In this document: positions 34,654 to 36,746 of the stretch, in pieces
Layout of the letters: every line of letters begins with the position of its first letter
Numbering within the stretch: position 1 is the stretch's first letter
Origin: Octopus sinensis
Taxonomy: Eukaryota
DNA length: 36,746 nt
Assembly: GCF_006345805.1 (NCBI RefSeq)
Contig: NW_021836873.1
Coordinates: 1-36,746 of the forward strand
Reading direction: 5' to 3'
Program-made: the position numbers and the translations under genes
The notes under the pieces: model-generated
What the model was told of the DNA's origin: nothing
Database searches by the model: none
What the model saw: only the letters and a program-made list of their open reading frames with translations

Positions 34654-34814
34654 CAGGAGTGGCTGTGTGGTAAGTAGCTTGTTTACCAACCACATGGTTC
34701 CGGGTTCAGTCCCCACTGCTGGCACCTTGGGCAAGTGCCTTCTACTATAGCATCGGGCCGACCAAAGCCTTGTGAGTGGATTTGGTAGATAGAAACTGAA
34801 AGAAGCCTGTCGTG

Positions 34815-34857
<43 letters not shown>

Positions 34858-35097
34858 GTGTGTTGTGTGTGTGTGTGTGTGTGCGTGTATGTTTGTGTGT
34901 CTGTGTTTGTCCCCCTAGCATTGCTTGACAACCAATGCTGGTGTGGTTTATGTCCCCGTCACTTAGCGGTTCGGCAAAAGAGACGATAGAATAGGTACGG
35001 GGCTTACAAAGAATAAGTCCCGGGGTCGAGTTGCTCGATTAAAGGCGGTGCTCCAGCATGGCCACAGTCAAATGACTGAAACAAGTAAAAGAGTAAA
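34654..35097 (+). mobile_element. SINE family B, full length, best-preserved copy
   Basis: caggagtggctgtgtggtaag (A box-like)...gggttcagtccc (B box-like)...(TA)n(TG)n...ccagcatggccacagtcaaatgactgaaacaagtaaaagagt. Confidence 0.92.
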
Positions 35098-35104
35098 AAA
35101 TATA

Positions 35105-35162
<58 letters not shown>

Positions 35163-35196
35163 ACACCACCATATATATATATATATATATATATAT

Positions 35197-35411
35197 TCAA
35201 AATGTGACCGCGTGTGTACCGTTGGCGATTTTTTTCCCTCTGTCTTCCCTTTTCTGGATTTTTCCTTCTCCTATGTTTCTGACGAAGAGCTCCGCTCGAA
35301 ACGTTGAACCGTCCTTCTTTCCTTCTTTCCTGAGCGTCCAATAATACTATATTTGTTCCACGTCCTCGCGTTGTTGTGTTTTTTTGTGCTTTCATGTTTG
35401 GATTAACTAAC
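35197..35411 (+). mobile_element. PLE-like terminal-repeat fragment embedded in (TA)n
   Basis: Pyrimidine-rich unit containing a hammerhead motif, with (TA)n immediately on both sides. Confidence 0.7.
35275..35309 (+). ncRNA. Minimal type I hammerhead ribozyme motif, core intact
   Basis: GTTT-CTGACGA-A-GAGC(TCC)GCTC-GAA-ACGT-T-GAAC. Confidence 0.75.
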
Positions 35412-35470
35412 TATATATATATCTTACACACATATAGACACACGTTTTCGTCTATATACGTAATTATGCT

Positions 35471-35826
35471 CTCTACTACAGGCACAAAACCTGGAATTAT
35501 GGGGGACGGGGTAGTATATCGATTTTATCGACCCCAGCACTCAACTGGTTCGTAATTCATCGACCCTCGAAAGGATGAAAGACAGAGATTTTTTTTACCT
35601 CGGCGGTATTGGAACTTAGAACGTAAATACGGACGAAATGCCGCTAAGCATTTCGTCCGGCGTGCTAACGATTCTGTCAGCTCGCCGCCTTATCCATATC
35701 TGCAATAACAATTTCAAATTTTGGCGCATGCTCAGTAAGTTCGAATTGAACTCAGAACGTAATGACGGACGAAATGCTTCTAAGTATTTTTGTCCGGCGT
35801 TCTAAACGTTCAGCGAGTTCGCCGCT
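35471..35826 (-). mobile_element. SINE family A full copy (35471-35691) plus an internally deleted copy (about 35705-35826)
   Basis: Heads aaggcggcgagctgacagaatcgttagcacgccgg and a decayed equivalent; a further fragment lies at about 36500-36555. Confidence 0.85.
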
Positions 35827-35980
35827 CTATCTATATTTGTAATATTGATAGACAGCTATTTTGCTATGATCTGTAATTAACTGACTTATTCCGAGTGTGC
35901 ATAAATTAAATGACATAATCCAGCTTGCTTAAGCAGAATACAAGAAAATGTTACCAGTAAATATTTATCGATCACTATTT

Positions 35981-36115
35981 CTATCTTTGTATCGAATTTG
36001 CAGTTAATGTCGTAAAATCGATTCCATTCGCCATCTCAGTCTGGATCGCTTCATAATGTAAAATGCTAAGCTCAGCTAGGCACGAACGACATCGTCCTCG
36101 CTACTTGGTCTTCTT
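35981..36115 (-). pseudogene. Possible hAT transposase C-terminal dimerization-domain remnant
   Basis: KKTK*RGRCRSCLAELSILHYEAIQTEMANGIDFTTL resembles the pattern KTxLRxRxxxxRLxxLxxLxxE...IDF. Confidence 0.4.
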
Positions 36116-36574
36116 GTATATAAACAATTGTTTGTAGGATTTGCTTCGTGAAACGTTATGAGTTTGTAAAGCTTAATTAAGAAAAGCAATTGTATTCAAC
36201 CGGTAATAGAAACCGGCTCTTAAATAGGATAGCTAGTGTTCCACAACGACCGGAAAAGAAATTTATAGAGAACATTCACGGAATTCAAGAGAACACACAC
36301 ACACAAAAAGAAAAAAAGAGAAATGAAGTGAAATATAATGGATGACGTTTCAAATACTGTTTTTAATCACGCAGAACTTTCTCTAATCTGTCTTAGTGTT
36401 TTATTAAATAGGGTTTCTGATTAATGTGGGTTTCAGCAATTTGATTCGATGAGTAAATGATTAAAAAGTCGACAGTGGTATGCTTTTTTGCCCTTTTCAA
36501 TTAGACCGACCCCAGTACACAGTTGGTACTTAATTTATCGACCCCGAAAGGCAAAGTATGTACATATGTGTGCG

Positions 36575-36610
<36 letters not shown>

Positions 36611-36746
36611 TACATATATATGCTTTTCTACATTCCCCTTGATATCATATATATATATATATAATATATATATATATATATAAGTTATATACATACATGC
36701 ATACATACATACACACATATAATACAAGCGGGTGCTTAGAAAACCT

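Noticed and set aside
85-36727. The many ORFs rich in YI, HT, CV, MYVC, poly-N, poly-I or poly-L
   Set aside because: They are translations of (TA)n, (CA)n, (TATG)n and (AAT)n microsatellites and SINE sequence, not genes.
36725-36746. Start of a possible mariner TIR (tacaagcgggtgcttagaaaa)
   Set aside because: It is cut by the window edge and too short to confirm.

Overview
AT-rich, repeat-dense animal DNA with no complete gene, rRNA, true tRNA or CRISPR array. The tRNA-derived SINE families and extreme (TA)n/(CA)n/(AAT)n content suggest an octopus (coleoid cephalopod) genome. This is an inference from recalled repeat families, not a database hit. Most ORFs in the track are microsatellite artefacts. 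The window holds about 25 SINE copies from several modular families (labelled A-F here for convenience), three mariner-derived elements, decayed fragments of a LINE ORF1, a Penelope-type RT, a retropepsin and a hAT transposase, and a few isolated candidate exons, one resembling the CD36/SR-B family. The best candidate for an undescribed system is a SINE-like unit with a tRNA-like head, an (AAT)n linker and a minimal type I hammerhead ribozyme of the Penelope-like-element (PLE) kind. It occurs twice as a head-to-head fold-back dimer (9150-9721, 19314-19800). Both dimers abut the same ~375-bp non-repeat-looking segment in inverted orientation. A second hammerhead family sits in (TA)n tracts (35275-35309; degenerate at 3745-3780). 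A SINE trimer with a 15-bp target-site duplication (31668-32277) suggests homology-guided insertion into its own family. Alignments and identities were estimated by eye.
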